Of a DNA stretch of 64,000 bases, positions 31,371 to 41,105 are shown piece by piece. The notes below the pieces were generated by a model, which saw only the letters and a program-made list of their open reading frames with translations, had not been told where the DNA came from and did not search any database. The stretch lies in assembly GCA_965218975.1 (NCBI GenBank), contig OZ244717.1, forward strand, positions 1,280,001 to 1,344,000, in the 5' to 3' direction. The position numbers were made by a program, and so were the translations under genes. The stretch is from Candidatus Oxydemutatoraceae bacterium (GTDB lineage Bacteria; Pseudomonadota; Gammaproteobacteria; Poriferisulfidales; Oxydemutatoraceae). The number at the start of each line of letters is the position of its first letter. Within the stretch, counting starts at the first letter, position 1.

Positions 31371-32469
31371 GCCTTTGATTATGATTAGTACAGGCGGAAC
31401 TGGCGGGCATGTTTTGTCGGGTCTGGCAGTTGCGAAGTGTTTAACGGATCAATCGGCTGAAGTTGTTTGGGTGGGAACGGAAGTCGGATTAGAAGCAACG
31501 CTTGTTCCTGCTGCCGGGATACCGTTCGAAACGTTAAAGATACAAGGGTTTCGCGGTAAACATTGGTCATCATTGTTCCTGCTGCCGTACCGGTTGAGTT
31601 TCGCGCTTCTGAGAGCGATGTATCTGATATATAAATATAAACCGAATTTAGTTTTGAATATGGGCGGGTTTGTTGCCGCCCCTGCAGGTTTGATTGCTGC
31701 CGCATTCGGAGTTCCGCTAGTTATCCACGAACAAAATACGATTGCCGGAATTACCAACCGGTGGTTAGCGCGATTCGGTCAACGTATTTTGCTTGGTTTC
31801 CCGAAAACATTTGTTTCACAGTCTAAGAATCAACCAGCTAAACAATATGCCGGCGAATATGTCGGTAACCCGGTTCGTGAAGAAATCAGCGCCTTGTCGA
31901 AACCCCAAATACGTTTATCCGATCGTAGTGGCGCGATACGTTTATTGGTGATCGGCGGAAGCCAAGGGTCTGCAACATTCAATCGGGTGGTTCCCGCGGC
32001 GCTTGCTAAGATGCCGCCGGAGATACGGCCGCAAGTTAAGCACCAAACCGGCAAAAATAAACTGCATGATACATATCATGAAATGCAGAGAAATAAAGTC
32101 GAGATGGAGCTATTCGAATTTTGTGATGAAATGTCTTGCCTATATGCGTGGGCAGACTTGGTGTTGTGCCGTGCGGGTGCATTATCCGTAGCGGAATTAA
32201 TCGCCGTCGGCATCGCAGCAATTCTGGTGCCGTACCCTTTCTCAGTCGATGGCCATCAACATACCAATGCTCAATATTTAGCGGAAGCGGGTGCGGCGTA
32301 TGTTGTGGAGGAAGATCACTTTACTCCGATCAAACTAGCCGGGTTGTTGCAGCGGTTTTCAGAAACACGTGGTGAATTATTAAAAATGGCAAAGGCTGCA
32401 AGGAGACTAGCTTGTCCGCAAGCGGCGCAAAACATCGGGCGAATCTGCCTTGAGGAGATGCGGACATGA
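31357..32469 (+). CDS. murG: Undecaprenyl-PP-MurNAc-pentapeptide GlcNAc transferase
   Basis: GGTGGH, HEQN, GNPVR, GGSQG, RAGA. Confidence 0.96.
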   Translation: MSKLKPLIMISTGGTGGHVLSGLAVAKCLTDQSAEVVWVGTEVGLEATLVPAAGIPFETLKIQGFRGKHWSSLFLLPYRLSFALLRAMYLIYKYKPNLVLNMGGFVAAPAGLIAAAFGVPLVIHEQNTIAGITNRWLARFGQRILLGFPKTFVSQSKNQPAKQYAGEYVGNPVREEISALSKPQIRLSDRSGAIRLLVIGGSQGSATFNRVVPAALAKMPPEIRPQVKHQTGKNKLHDTYHEMQRNKVEMELFEFCDEMSCLYAWADLVLCRAGALSVAELIAVGIAAILVPYPFSVDGHQHTNAQYLAEAGAAYVVEEDHFTPIKLAGLLQRFSETRGELLKMAKAARRLACPQAAQNIGRICLEEMRT

Positions 32470-33893
32470 TGTCGAGCTATCCGACAGATATATCTGAGTT
32501 TCCCGGCGCGGTACATTTTGTCGGTATAGGCGGTGCCGGGATGAGCGGAATTGCCGAAGTATTAGTAAATTTGGGTTGTACCGTACAAGGTTCCGACATA
32601 GTCGATAGCGCGCTGACTCAATATTTGAAGTCGCTTGGGGTGAAAGTTTTTATCGGGCACCGCGTGGAAAATATTGATGACGCCGAAGTGGTGGTAATTT
32701 CTTCGGCAATTACCTCCGATAACCCGGAGCTGTGTGTCGCGCGTGAGCGAAAAATTCCCGTGATGCAACGTGCGGAAATGCTTGCCGAATTGATGCGGTC
32801 GCGTTTTGGCATTTCAGTTGCCGGCACGCATGGCAAGACAACGACGACTAGTTTGATTGCAACAGTTTTATCCCACGCCGATTTAGATCCGACCTATGTA
32901 GTCGGCGGAAAAGTTGAAGGATTCGGTCGTGCAGGATTAGGCGCAAGTGAATATTTGGTAGTTGAGGCTGATGAGAGCGACGCATCATTTTTGCATCTAA
33001 AGCCGATGATGGCGGTTGTTACTAACATTGATGCCGATCATCTCGGTAGTTATGGTCATAGTTTTGAAGCTTTAAAGGATAGTTTTATTCAATTTATAAC
33101 TAATCTGCCGATTTATGGCATCGCAGTGGTTTGTAATGAAGACCCGGTGTTGCGTGAGTTACAAGAGACGATTCCTCGCCGTTTTCTCACTTATGGCTTC
33201 AGTAAAGATTGTGACATCTATGCTTCGAGGAAGCGCACTGACGGTGTTTTCAGTTTTTTCGAGCTGCGTACACCATGGTCCGAACAAATGGTTGAAGTCT
33301 GTTTAAGTTTGCCTGGCGACCATAATATATTGAATGCATTGGCGGCAATCGGTATTGCTTATCAGTTAGACGCCGATCAGAAAAAAGTTTATGCCGCGCT
33401 GGAAAAGTTTCGCGGAGTGCAAAGGCGCTTCCAAAGTTATGGAGAAATCCCGACAAAGCACGGGAATGTGCGGTTGATCGATGATTACGGACATCACCCG
33501 ACTGAAATTTCTGCGACATACGCAACAGTATGCGACGCTTGGCCGCGAAGGAGGAAAATATTGATTTTCCAGCCGCATCGCTATAGCCGTTTGGATGATC
33601 TGTTTGACGAGTTCAGTAGCATACTTGCGCGCGTTGATCTGTTGTTACTGCTAGATACTTATCCCGCCGGTGAACAAGAGATTCCGGGGGTAAATACCTC
33701 CGCTTTATGTCAAAAGATTTTCACATTAAAAGGAGTACGTCCGATTCATATTAGAAATTTGGAAGAAGTGGCGGCTGCTTTGGAGCAAGTTATACAAGAC
33801 GACGATATCCTCATTACGATGGGGGCCGGCTCAATCAGTAAGTTAGCGGAACAGTTGGCGGATGAATTGAGGTGCAACGATCATGCGGCTTAA
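32466..33893 (+). CDS. murC: UDP-MurNAc-L-alanine ligase
   Basis: HFVGIGGAGMSG, GTHGKTTT, EADESD, DDYGHHPTE, FQPHRY. Confidence 0.97.
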   Translation: MMSSYPTDISEFPGAVHFVGIGGAGMSGIAEVLVNLGCTVQGSDIVDSALTQYLKSLGVKVFIGHRVENIDDAEVVVISSAITSDNPELCVARERKIPVMQRAEMLAELMRSRFGISVAGTHGKTTTTSLIATVLSHADLDPTYVVGGKVEGFGRAGLGASEYLVVEADESDASFLHLKPMMAVVTNIDADHLGSYGHSFEALKDSFIQFITNLPIYGIAVVCNEDPVLRELQETIPRRFLTYGFSKDCDIYASRKRTDGVFSFFELRTPWSEQMVEVCLSLPGDHNILNALAAIGIAYQLDADQKKVYAALEKFRGVQRRFQSYGEIPTKHGNVRLIDDYGHHPTEISATYATVCDAWPRRRKILIFQPHRYSRLDDLFDEFSSILARVDLLLLLDTYPAGEQEIPGVNTSALCQKIFTLKGVRPIHIRNLEEVAAALEQVIQDDDILITMGAGSISKLAEQLADELRCNDHAA

Positions 33894-34785
33894 GTGTAAG
33901 GAAAATGAATTATATGGGGAATTGCACTTCAACCATTCGTTGCAAAAGATGAATTCTTGGAAAGTCGGAGGGGCGTCCGATTGTTTTTACTCACCTGCCG
34001 ATATTTCAGATTTGTCCTATTTTCTATGTCATTGTATTGATGACGAACCGGTGATTTTCCTTGGCTTAGGGAGCAATGTGCTCATTCGCGATGTAGGTGT
34101 ACGCGGTGTAGTTATTGCAACCTGCGGAGTGTTGAGTGGAATTAAGCAAGTAGACCGAGAGACCGTTTGTGCCGAAGCGGGTGTGACTTGTGCGCGATTG
34201 GCACGTTATTGCGGTAAGCGAGGATTAGGCGGACTTGAGTTTCTTGCCGGAGTGCCAGGTACGGTTGGTGGCGCATTGGCAATGAATGCCGGTGCATTTG
34301 GTAGTGAAATTTGGGAACGAGTGACGATGGTTGAAATGATTGATCGCCAAGGCCGTCTATATCAACGTATTCCTGCAGAATTTGACGTTGATTATCGTAG
34401 CGTCAGATGGCGACGGGAAGAATGGTTTGTCGCCGGTTATTTTAAGTTGCCTCCCGAACTCGCTGAACAATTGCATAACACAATGCGAAATTTGCTTAAG
34501 CGGAGAAATGCTTCGCAACCGGTTAGTCAATTCAATTGCGGTTCGGTTTTTAGGAACCCTAAAAATGATTATGCCGGACACCTGATAGAAATTTGCGGAT
34601 TAAAAGGTTATACCATCGGTGATGCGCAAGTCTCAGAAGAGCATGCTAATTTTATTATCAATAATGGAAATGCCAGTGCGGCGGATATTGAGCGACTCAT
34701 TTATCACATGCAGTCGGTAGTCGCGCAAAAAACGGGCATTGAATTAACTCTTGAAGTCAAAATTATCGGAGGCGAAAGGTGTTAG
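33883..34785 (+). CDS. murB: UDP-N-acetylenolpyruvoylglucosamine reductase
   Basis: GLGSNVL, PGTVGGA..MNAGA, GSVFRNP, HANF. Confidence 0.96.
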   Translation: MRLKCKENELYGELHFNHSLQKMNSWKVGGASDCFYSPADISDLSYFLCHCIDDEPVIFLGLGSNVLIRDVGVRGVVIATCGVLSGIKQVDRETVCAEAGVTCARLARYCGKRGLGGLEFLAGVPGTVGGALAMNAGAFGSEIWERVTMVEMIDRQGRLYQRIPAEFDVDYRSVRWRREEWFVAGYFKLPPELAEQLHNTMRNLLKRRNASQPVSQFNCGSVFRNPKNDYAGHLIEICGLKGYTIGDAQVSEEHANFIINNGNASAADIERLIYHMQSVVAQKTGIELTLEVKIIGGERC

Positions 34786-35732
34786 ACAAAAATACCTTTG
34801 GTAAAGTTGCGGTAGTGTACGGCGGCTGGTCATCGGAGCGCGAAATTTCCTTACAGAGCGGGAAGTCGGTACTAGAAAGCTTGCTGCAATCAGGTGTGCA
34901 AGCAGTAGGGCTGGATGTTAAGGATTCCGCCGATTTTCAGCAGGCTTTAAATGAAGTTCGCCCCGATCGTGTTTTTATTGCGTTACATGGGAAAGGTGGC
35001 GAAGATGGTGTTATTCAAGGACTTCTTGAAGCGATGCGGATTCCGTATACCGGCAGCGGTATTTTGGGGACTTCTTTGTCGATTAATAAGTTGGCAAGTA
35101 AATGTATTTGGCAGAATAAGCGTTTGCCGACCCCGGAATTTATTGATTTGGGTGAGGGCTTTGATGTAGAAAATGTTGTTTCGATTTTGGGTTTGCCTTT
35201 AGCGGTTAAACCTGCTTACGAAGGGTCTAGTATCGGAATCAGTCAAGTTACGACACCGGAAGAATTACGATCGGCATGGGAGTCGGCTCGGCGTCATAGC
35301 GATATTGTATTTGCTGAGCGTTGGGTAGACGGCAATGAATATTCGGTTGCTTTTGTTGGTGACAAAATATTTTCGCCGATTCAATTGCATACATTAAACG
35401 ACTTTTATGATTACCAAGCGAAATATGTAAATAACTGTACAAAATATGTCTGTCCGGCGTCATTATCAGTTGAACGAACGACAGCTTTGCAAACATTGGC
35501 ATGGCGTGCGGCGCAAGCGTTGGGTGTCGACGGTTGGGGGAGAGTTGATCTTCGATGTGATATCAACGGAGACTTTTGGCTACTTGAAGTTAACACTGTT
35601 CCGGGAATGACCAATCACAGTTTAGTACCGATGGCGGCACAAGAGGCTGATCTGGATTTCGAATGCCTGGTACTGAAAATTCTCGCAACCTCCTGCGGTA
35701 GAAAAAATGGCGCGGATATTATTTACTTTTGA
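34779..35732 (+). CDS. ddl: D-alanine-D-alanine ligase
   Basis: GG.S.EREIS, LHG.GGEDG, YDYQAKY, EVNTVPG. Confidence 0.96.
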   Translation: MLDKNTFGKVAVVYGGWSSEREISLQSGKSVLESLLQSGVQAVGLDVKDSADFQQALNEVRPDRVFIALHGKGGEDGVIQGLLEAMRIPYTGSGILGTSLSINKLASKCIWQNKRLPTPEFIDLGEGFDVENVVSILGLPLAVKPAYEGSSIGISQVTTPEELRSAWESARRHSDIVFAERWVDGNEYSVAFVGDKIFSPIQLHTLNDFYDYQAKYVNNCTKYVCPASLSVERTTALQTLAWRAAQALGVDGWGRVDLRCDINGDFWLLEVNTVPGMTNHSLVPMAAQEADLDFECLVLKILATSCGRKNGADIIYF

Positions 35733-36435
35733 AAAGATGATGTTTGCAATAATTGTCATTGTCTTAGTAACGTTGATTATTTACCAATCGCCGCAGTGGT
35801 ATGCCACATTATTTCCGGGGATTCGGCGGGTGCATATTGAAGGTAATTTCATTCATATCGACCGGCTTAGGATTGAGAAAGTTATTGATCAAGCAACCGG
35901 CGGCGGATTTTTTGAAATTGACCCGGCCGCGATAGAACAGCAGTTGAAACGTATTAACTGGGTCAAAGATGCTTGGGTCTATCGCATTTGGCCACGTACT
36001 TTATCGATTGTTTTGGAAGAGCGTGATCCGGTCGCATACTGGGGAGAGTCTGCCTTGCTTGATACGCAAGCTAAGGTTTTTTATCCCGAACAAATCGACA
36101 TGCGGCAATTGCCGATGATTCAAGGTGTGCCCGGGCGGGAAAAATTCTTGCTTGACACCTATAAACGAATGAATAAACGTTTGGCTGCACTTGATCTTTC
36201 AATTCAATTTCTGAAGGAATCCGATCGTCGGTCACTACATTTGATTTTGAGCAACGGTTGGGCGTTGCAGTTGGGGCGGCAGCAATGGGACGAGCGCTTA
36301 ACACGCTTTATTACGGTTTATCCTGTCGCGCTTAGTGATACGTCTGATGTGCGTCTGCACAATATTCAGTGCATGGATTTCAGGTATGTCGGTAGTTTTG
36401 CCGTTAGTAAACAAAGACAGGAATGCTATCAGTAA
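35707..36435 (+). CDS. ftsQ: Cell division protein FtsQ
   Basis: TM plus POTRA (WV....V.R.WP..L), C-terminal DFRY. Confidence 0.9.
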   Translation: MARILFTFEKMMFAIIVIVLVTLIIYQSPQWYATLFPGIRRVHIEGNFIHIDRLRIEKVIDQATGGGFFEIDPAAIEQQLKRINWVKDAWVYRIWPRTLSIVLEERDPVAYWGESALLDTQAKVFYPEQIDMRQLPMIQGVPGREKFLLDTYKRMNKRLAALDLSIQFLKESDRRSLHLILSNGWALQLGRQQWDERLTRFITVYPVALSDTSDVRLHNIQCMDFRYVGSFAVSKQRQECYQ

Positions 36436-36442
36436 AAGTTCT

Positions 36443-37696
36443 ATGATGAAAATAAAAAATAATCTGGCGATGGATCGTGATCACATTGTTGCATTGGATA
36501 TTGGCACCAGCAAAATTGCTGCAATTGCGGGGCGAGTGCGAGACGACGCTACCGTAGAAATACTTGCGGTTGGTATGACACCGTCGCAGGGGCTTAAAAA
36601 GGGTGTTATTGTCAATATTGAGCAAGCGGTTGAATCAATACAGGCAGCGATTAAAGAAGTCGAAATTATGGCCGAAATTCCGGTGAGTTCGGTTTGTGTC
36701 GGTGTAACGGGGGATCATATAAAAAGCCTCAATGGTGACGGAGTGGCGCCAATCAAAGATGATGAAGTAACTCAGTACGATGTTGATCGGGCGATTGAAA
36801 CCGCTCAGGCAATTCAGCTACCTGTCGATCAAACTATCCTGCATGTTTTACCGCGTGATTTCAGGATTGATGATCAGCAAGATATTAAAGATCCGATCGG
36901 CATGTCTGGCTACCGCTTACATGCTAATGTGCACATAGTGACCGGCGGCGTACATCCGATCGAGAATATCAAAAAATGTGTTAAGCGATGCGGCTTGGAA
37001 GTTGTTGACATTGTTCTTGAGCAGATTGCTTCTAGTCTTTCAGTTCTAATTGACGATGAAAGAGAATTGGGAGTTTGTTTAGTAGATATCGGCGGTGGTA
37101 CTTCGGATATCGCAGTGTTTGACAAAGGTGCCGCAGTTTATACATCCGTCATTCCTATCGGTGGTGATCATGTCACACATGATGTTACCGTAACACTGAG
37201 AACTCCGACTAAAAATGCCGAAGAAATCAAACTTCAGTACGGCTGCGCATTGGAAAGTCTTGCCAGAGAAAATGAAACGGTCGAAGTACCTGGTGTTGCC
37301 GGTCGTCTTGCCTCTCGATCCGAACGACGTCTTTTGGTGAAGGTAATCGAAATGCGTTATGAAGAGTTATTTGAATTCGTCGTTCGTGAATTAAAAAGAA
37401 ATGGGTTGGAACAAATTCCGGTAACCGGCATTGTGCTAACCGGCGGCGGTTCAAAAATAGAAGGAGTCACCGAATTGGCGGAGAAAGTCTTTAATGCACC
37501 GGTTCGAATCGGTCGTCCGCAGCAGGAAAAAATCATCGGTTTGACGGAAGTGATTAATAATCCGATTCATGCGACGGGTGTCGGGTTATTACTCTATGTA
37601 AATGGTTTGCTTGAACAGCACAAGATGATTGATGAAGGAACGGGTATCGGCAAAGCATGGCATAAATTGAGCAATTGGGTTAGCCAGAATTTTTAA
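36443..37696 (+). CDS. ftsA: Cell division protein FtsA (start probably 36443-36470)
   Basis: LDIGTSK, VDIGGGT, VLTGGG, amphipathic C-terminal helix. Confidence 0.96.
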   Translation: MMKIKNNLAMDRDHIVALDIGTSKIAAIAGRVRDDATVEILAVGMTPSQGLKKGVIVNIEQAVESIQAAIKEVEIMAEIPVSSVCVGVTGDHIKSLNGDGVAPIKDDEVTQYDVDRAIETAQAIQLPVDQTILHVLPRDFRIDDQQDIKDPIGMSGYRLHANVHIVTGGVHPIENIKKCVKRCGLEVVDIVLEQIASSLSVLIDDERELGVCLVDIGGGTSDIAVFDKGAAVYTSVIPIGGDHVTHDVTVTLRTPTKNAEEIKLQYGCALESLARENETVEVPGVAGRLASRSERRLLVKVIEMRYEELFEFVVRELKRNGLEQIPVTGIVLTGGGSKIEGVTELAEKVFNAPVRIGRPQQEKIIGLTEVINNPIHATGVGLLLYVNGLLEQHKMIDEGTGIGKAWHKLSNWVSQNF

Positions 37697-37727
37697 TCTT
37701 TAACTTTAACAAATAGGAGGACAGAAA

Positions 37728-38912
37728 ATGTTCACGCTTATTGAAAATATACAACCGCGTAATACAGCAGTTATTAAGGTTATTGGCGTCGGTGGCGGCG
37801 GTTGCAACACTTTGGACTATATGGTTGATGTTCCAATTGAAGGTGTTGATCTGATCGCCGCGAATACTGACGCTCAAACATTGACCAAATCGGCATTGCA
37901 ACAAATTCCGGAGGGCATTTGTCTACAATTGGGCGAGAGCGTAACCGGCGGTCTAGGTGCGGGTTGTAATCCGGAAATCGGAAAAGCAGCGGCGATAGAA
38001 GATCGTGAAAAAATTCAGGAGACGCTGGCAGGTGCCGATATGGTGTTTATTGCCGCAGGCATGGGCGGCGGCACCGGCACCGGCGCAACACCGGTAATCG
38101 CCGAAATTGCGCGAGCAAACAGCAGTTTAACAATTGCGGTCGTGACGAAGCCATTTGCTTTGGAAGGGCAGAAACGGATGGATGCCGCACTCGCTGGTAT
38201 TCAAGAATTATCCCGGCATGTGGATTCGCTGATTACTATCCCCAACGAGAAATTACTTTCCGTATTGGGAGATGTGCTGATGCAAGATGCATGCATTCAA
38301 GTCGATAAAATACTACATAACGCGGTGCAGGGGATCGCCGAACTCATTACACGTCGTGGACGATTTAATAACCTCGATTTTGCCGATGTGAAAACGGTCA
38401 TGCGAGAGACAGGTGCCGCCATGATTGGTGTCGGTTTTGCGAATGGTGAAAACCGCGCTTATGAAGCGGCGCAGGCGGCGGTTAGCAATCCATTGCTTGA
38501 TGATATTGATTTGTCTAATGTGCAGGGCTTATTAGTGAATATAACTGCCGGTAATGACTTTCGCTTAAAAGAGTATCAGGAGATTGCCGAATGTATGCAT
38601 GGCTTGGCAGCGCGGGATGCCAATATGGTTATCGGGCAAGTTGTTGATGACAAAGTAGAAGATGAGGTGCGTGTTACTTTAGTTGCCACGGGGCTGGATA
38701 ATGCGATGATGCCCGGTGCATTGATCAACGAGAAGGTTTCAATATTGACGTTGCCGACGGTGGATGCCGCGGTAGGGCAGATTTCTTCCGACAACCGGCA
38801 ATCCGCATCGGTAGCGCGTGAAGATGTAGCGAATAGTAAATCGCAGACGGATAATTCCGAGTATCAAGATTATCTTGATATACCGACATTTTTACGTCAG
38901 CAGGTAGATTAG
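37728..38912 (+). CDS. ftsZ: Cell division protein FtsZ
   Basis: GVGGGG.N, GMGGGTGTG, NLDFAD, DIPTFLR tail; AGGAGG RBS. Confidence 0.97.
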   Translation: MFTLIENIQPRNTAVIKVIGVGGGGCNTLDYMVDVPIEGVDLIAANTDAQTLTKSALQQIPEGICLQLGESVTGGLGAGCNPEIGKAAAIEDREKIQETLAGADMVFIAAGMGGGTGTGATPVIAEIARANSSLTIAVVTKPFALEGQKRMDAALAGIQELSRHVDSLITIPNEKLLSVLGDVLMQDACIQVDKILHNAVQGIAELITRRGRFNNLDFADVKTVMRETGAAMIGVGFANGENRAYEAAQAAVSNPLLDDIDLSNVQGLLVNITAGNDFRLKEYQEIAECMHGLAARDANMVIGQVVDDKVEDEVRVTLVATGLDNAMMPGALINEKVSILTLPTVDAAVGQISSDNRQSASVAREDVANSKSQTDNSEYQDYLDIPTFLRQQVD

Positions 38913-39366
38913 TAAGGTATTGTTATATATTGAAAGGAGGGCTAAATGGAAATTGAATAATCATGGCTGTAAATAACCGTTAGCCTTTATATCGGCGGGC
39001 GTTTCAGGTATAAGTAAATATGAGACGTAGGGAAAGAAGCGCAATTTGGGGAACAATTTTACCTGATGAGAAGGTATTGAGTGAAAAGTGAGAGAAAACG
39101 CTACTAGTCGGATAAAAAGCTTGCGGTCACGTAGTTAATTTTCAGTAGTTCCGAGATGATCCCGAATCTGAGATTTATCGACCCGCATAACTTTATTCGA
39201 GGTTTTACTTCTCATTATTCACACCAGCTTCCCTTAAAAATTTAAGGTTGATATCACCTCACTTAATCTTGACAATTCGGACACTCACTTTTTTACTTTA
39301 TTAGTTAAAGAGGCGCCGGCTGACAATCTCTTGGGTTTTGATTTTATATGTTGCAATTTCTATTGC

Positions 39367-40182
39367 TTAGCTTGGTATGAGTAATATTTCACCCAGTCCG
39401 CCGACGGTTAAGTCACCAACACATCGTTGTATCTGATACTCTAAAGGAATGGACTCAAATGCAGAGTCCAAAGTTTGAATATGCCTTAACATCAATGCCA
39501 TAAATACAATTTCTTGTTCGATAGGCTCGCTAAAATAATCCACTTCCGAGAAATTAATATTTCCTGCAACGATTAAACTGCCGCGGCGCATTCCGATACC
39601 AAAATGCGCACCGATTTCGCCTAGTACTACAATACTTCCGGCAATCATACGCGAAGCACAGTATTCATCAACCTCCCCGCTAACAATCATCATTCCACGT
39701 CGCATTCGGTCGCCAAGGCGTTTGCCGGCATTACCGTGAATGATGACAGTGCCGCCACACTGTCCTTGCATTCTGCCTGCTTGGGGCGCCCCCGCATAAT
39801 CGCCGACATTACCATATATATCCAATCGTCCGTTACGCATTGCCGATGCAAGATAGTTGCCGGCATTGCCGTTGAGCCGTAAGTTCCCTCCCGATAATTT
39901 ATATGCGAAATAATCACCGGCATTTCCTTCGACAACCATCTCGCCGCTACTCATTTGCGCCCCGACATAGTCCAGTTGCTCGCAGCTATTAATCAACATC
40001 AGTTTGTCCGGTTCGCCTAGCGTTATATCAAACAATTCTCCAAGTCGGTATATACCGCTTGTCGTTTTTAGCATGATCTTTAGCACGGTCTTAGCGGAAG
40101 TAAGACATTGCTGCGGAGTAATTGGCGACATATCAATCCTAAAACTTCTATCCGAGATGAGTTGCTTATAACTCAATATCAT
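39367..40182 (-). CDS. fhcC: Formyltransferase/hydrolase complex subunit C (FwdC-like)
   Basis: GxxMxxG beta-helix repeats (GDRMRRG, MRRGS); follows fhcD. Confidence 0.9.
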   Translation of the reverse strand: MILSYKQLISDRSFRIDMSPITPQQCLTSAKTVLKIMLKTTSGIYRLGELFDITLGEPDKLMLINSCEQLDYVGAQMSSGEMVVEGNAGDYFAYKLSGGNLRLNGNAGNYLASAMRNGRLDIYGNVGDYAGAPQAGRMQGQCGGTVIIHGNAGKRLGDRMRRGMMIVSGEVDEYCASRMIAGSIVVLGEIGAHFGIGMRRGSLIVAGNINFSEVDYFSEPIEQEIVFMALMLRHIQTLDSAFESIPLEYQIQRCVGDLTVGGLGEILLIPS

Positions 40183-40187
40183 TTGCT

Positions 40188-41105
40188 TTAACCCATAATT
40201 TCCCATAAGTGGAAATGGTACTTACCTAACTTGCCGCCGTAGTTGCCGGCGGTGATGCCGGTGATTCCTTTCCTAATGCCTAAGTTGCATACCGCTTCAA
40301 TGCCGAGCCGCATTGCGTCAATCACATTTTGTACGTTGAGTCCGTCAATCACTACTTCCATGACTGCTTGTGTGCCCGCTGGTAATTTTGAATCGACGAC
40401 GCCTTTTAATGTCGGGCAATATTGTTCATGAGTGGAGGCAGTGAGCGCTGCATATTTCGATCCGACTTTTGATCCGGAGCGGACGCCGCCGCCAGGGAAA
40501 GGAAGAATGATTCCGTTTAAAGTGCTAATGGCTTCTATCGCCGCTTCACAAGCGTGTAAAGCTTGTATTTGGGATCGCGCAAGCATCAAAAAGTTGCCAC
40601 CGCCGACTGCTTTAGCCGCACAGGTTGTCTCCTCGCAAAGAAATTCGCCATCCATCACCGGCACTCGCCAATAGCGCTTGCCGTTAATGACTTTAGATAG
40701 CTGGTAACCGTCGCCAAAATATCGGATGCCTGCGCCCATCGGAATTTCTTCGCCTTCATCTAGTCCGGAAAACACTGCTGTCGTCGGGCAAGTCAGAACA
40801 CATTGCCCAAGGCGAACTACCAATTGCTTTGCAAGCATTGACTGCGATGTCGAGAATAGCAGAACGGAAACTCCGACCCTGCCATCGGGAGTCTCCGTGG
40901 TAGGCACTAAGCGCTCGATACCCGCTTCAATGTCACAACCGATCACCGATGAAGCAAATCCGGTCATCATCTTGGCGGCATTATAAGCCCAAGTTTCGTT
41001 GATTGCGGTAATCAAAATCCGTGTTGCAAACATTCCGAAACCTTCGGCGAAAGTGTCTTCAAGTTTGACACCGTTGATAACGATCCCTTCTAAGGGGACA
41101 GACAT
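40188..41105 (-). CDS. fhcD: Formylmethanofuran-H4MPT N-formyltransferase
   Basis: DTFAEGF, TPDGR.G, GQCVLTCPT, GGGN, PFPGG.VRSGSKVGS, AGNYGGKLG. Confidence 0.95.
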   Translation of the reverse strand: MSVPLEGIVINGVKLEDTFAEGFGMFATRILITAINETWAYNAAKMMTGFASSVIGCDIEAGIERLVPTTETPDGRVGVSVLLFSTSQSMLAKQLVVRLGQCVLTCPTTAVFSGLDEGEEIPMGAGIRYFGDGYQLSKVINGKRYWRVPVMDGEFLCEETTCAAKAVGGGNFLMLARSQIQALHACEAAIEAISTLNGIILPFPGGGVRSGSKVGSKYAALTASTHEQYCPTLKGVVDSKLPAGTQAVMEVVIDGLNVQNVIDAMRLGIEAVCNLGIRKGITGITAGNYGGKLGKYHFHLWEIMG

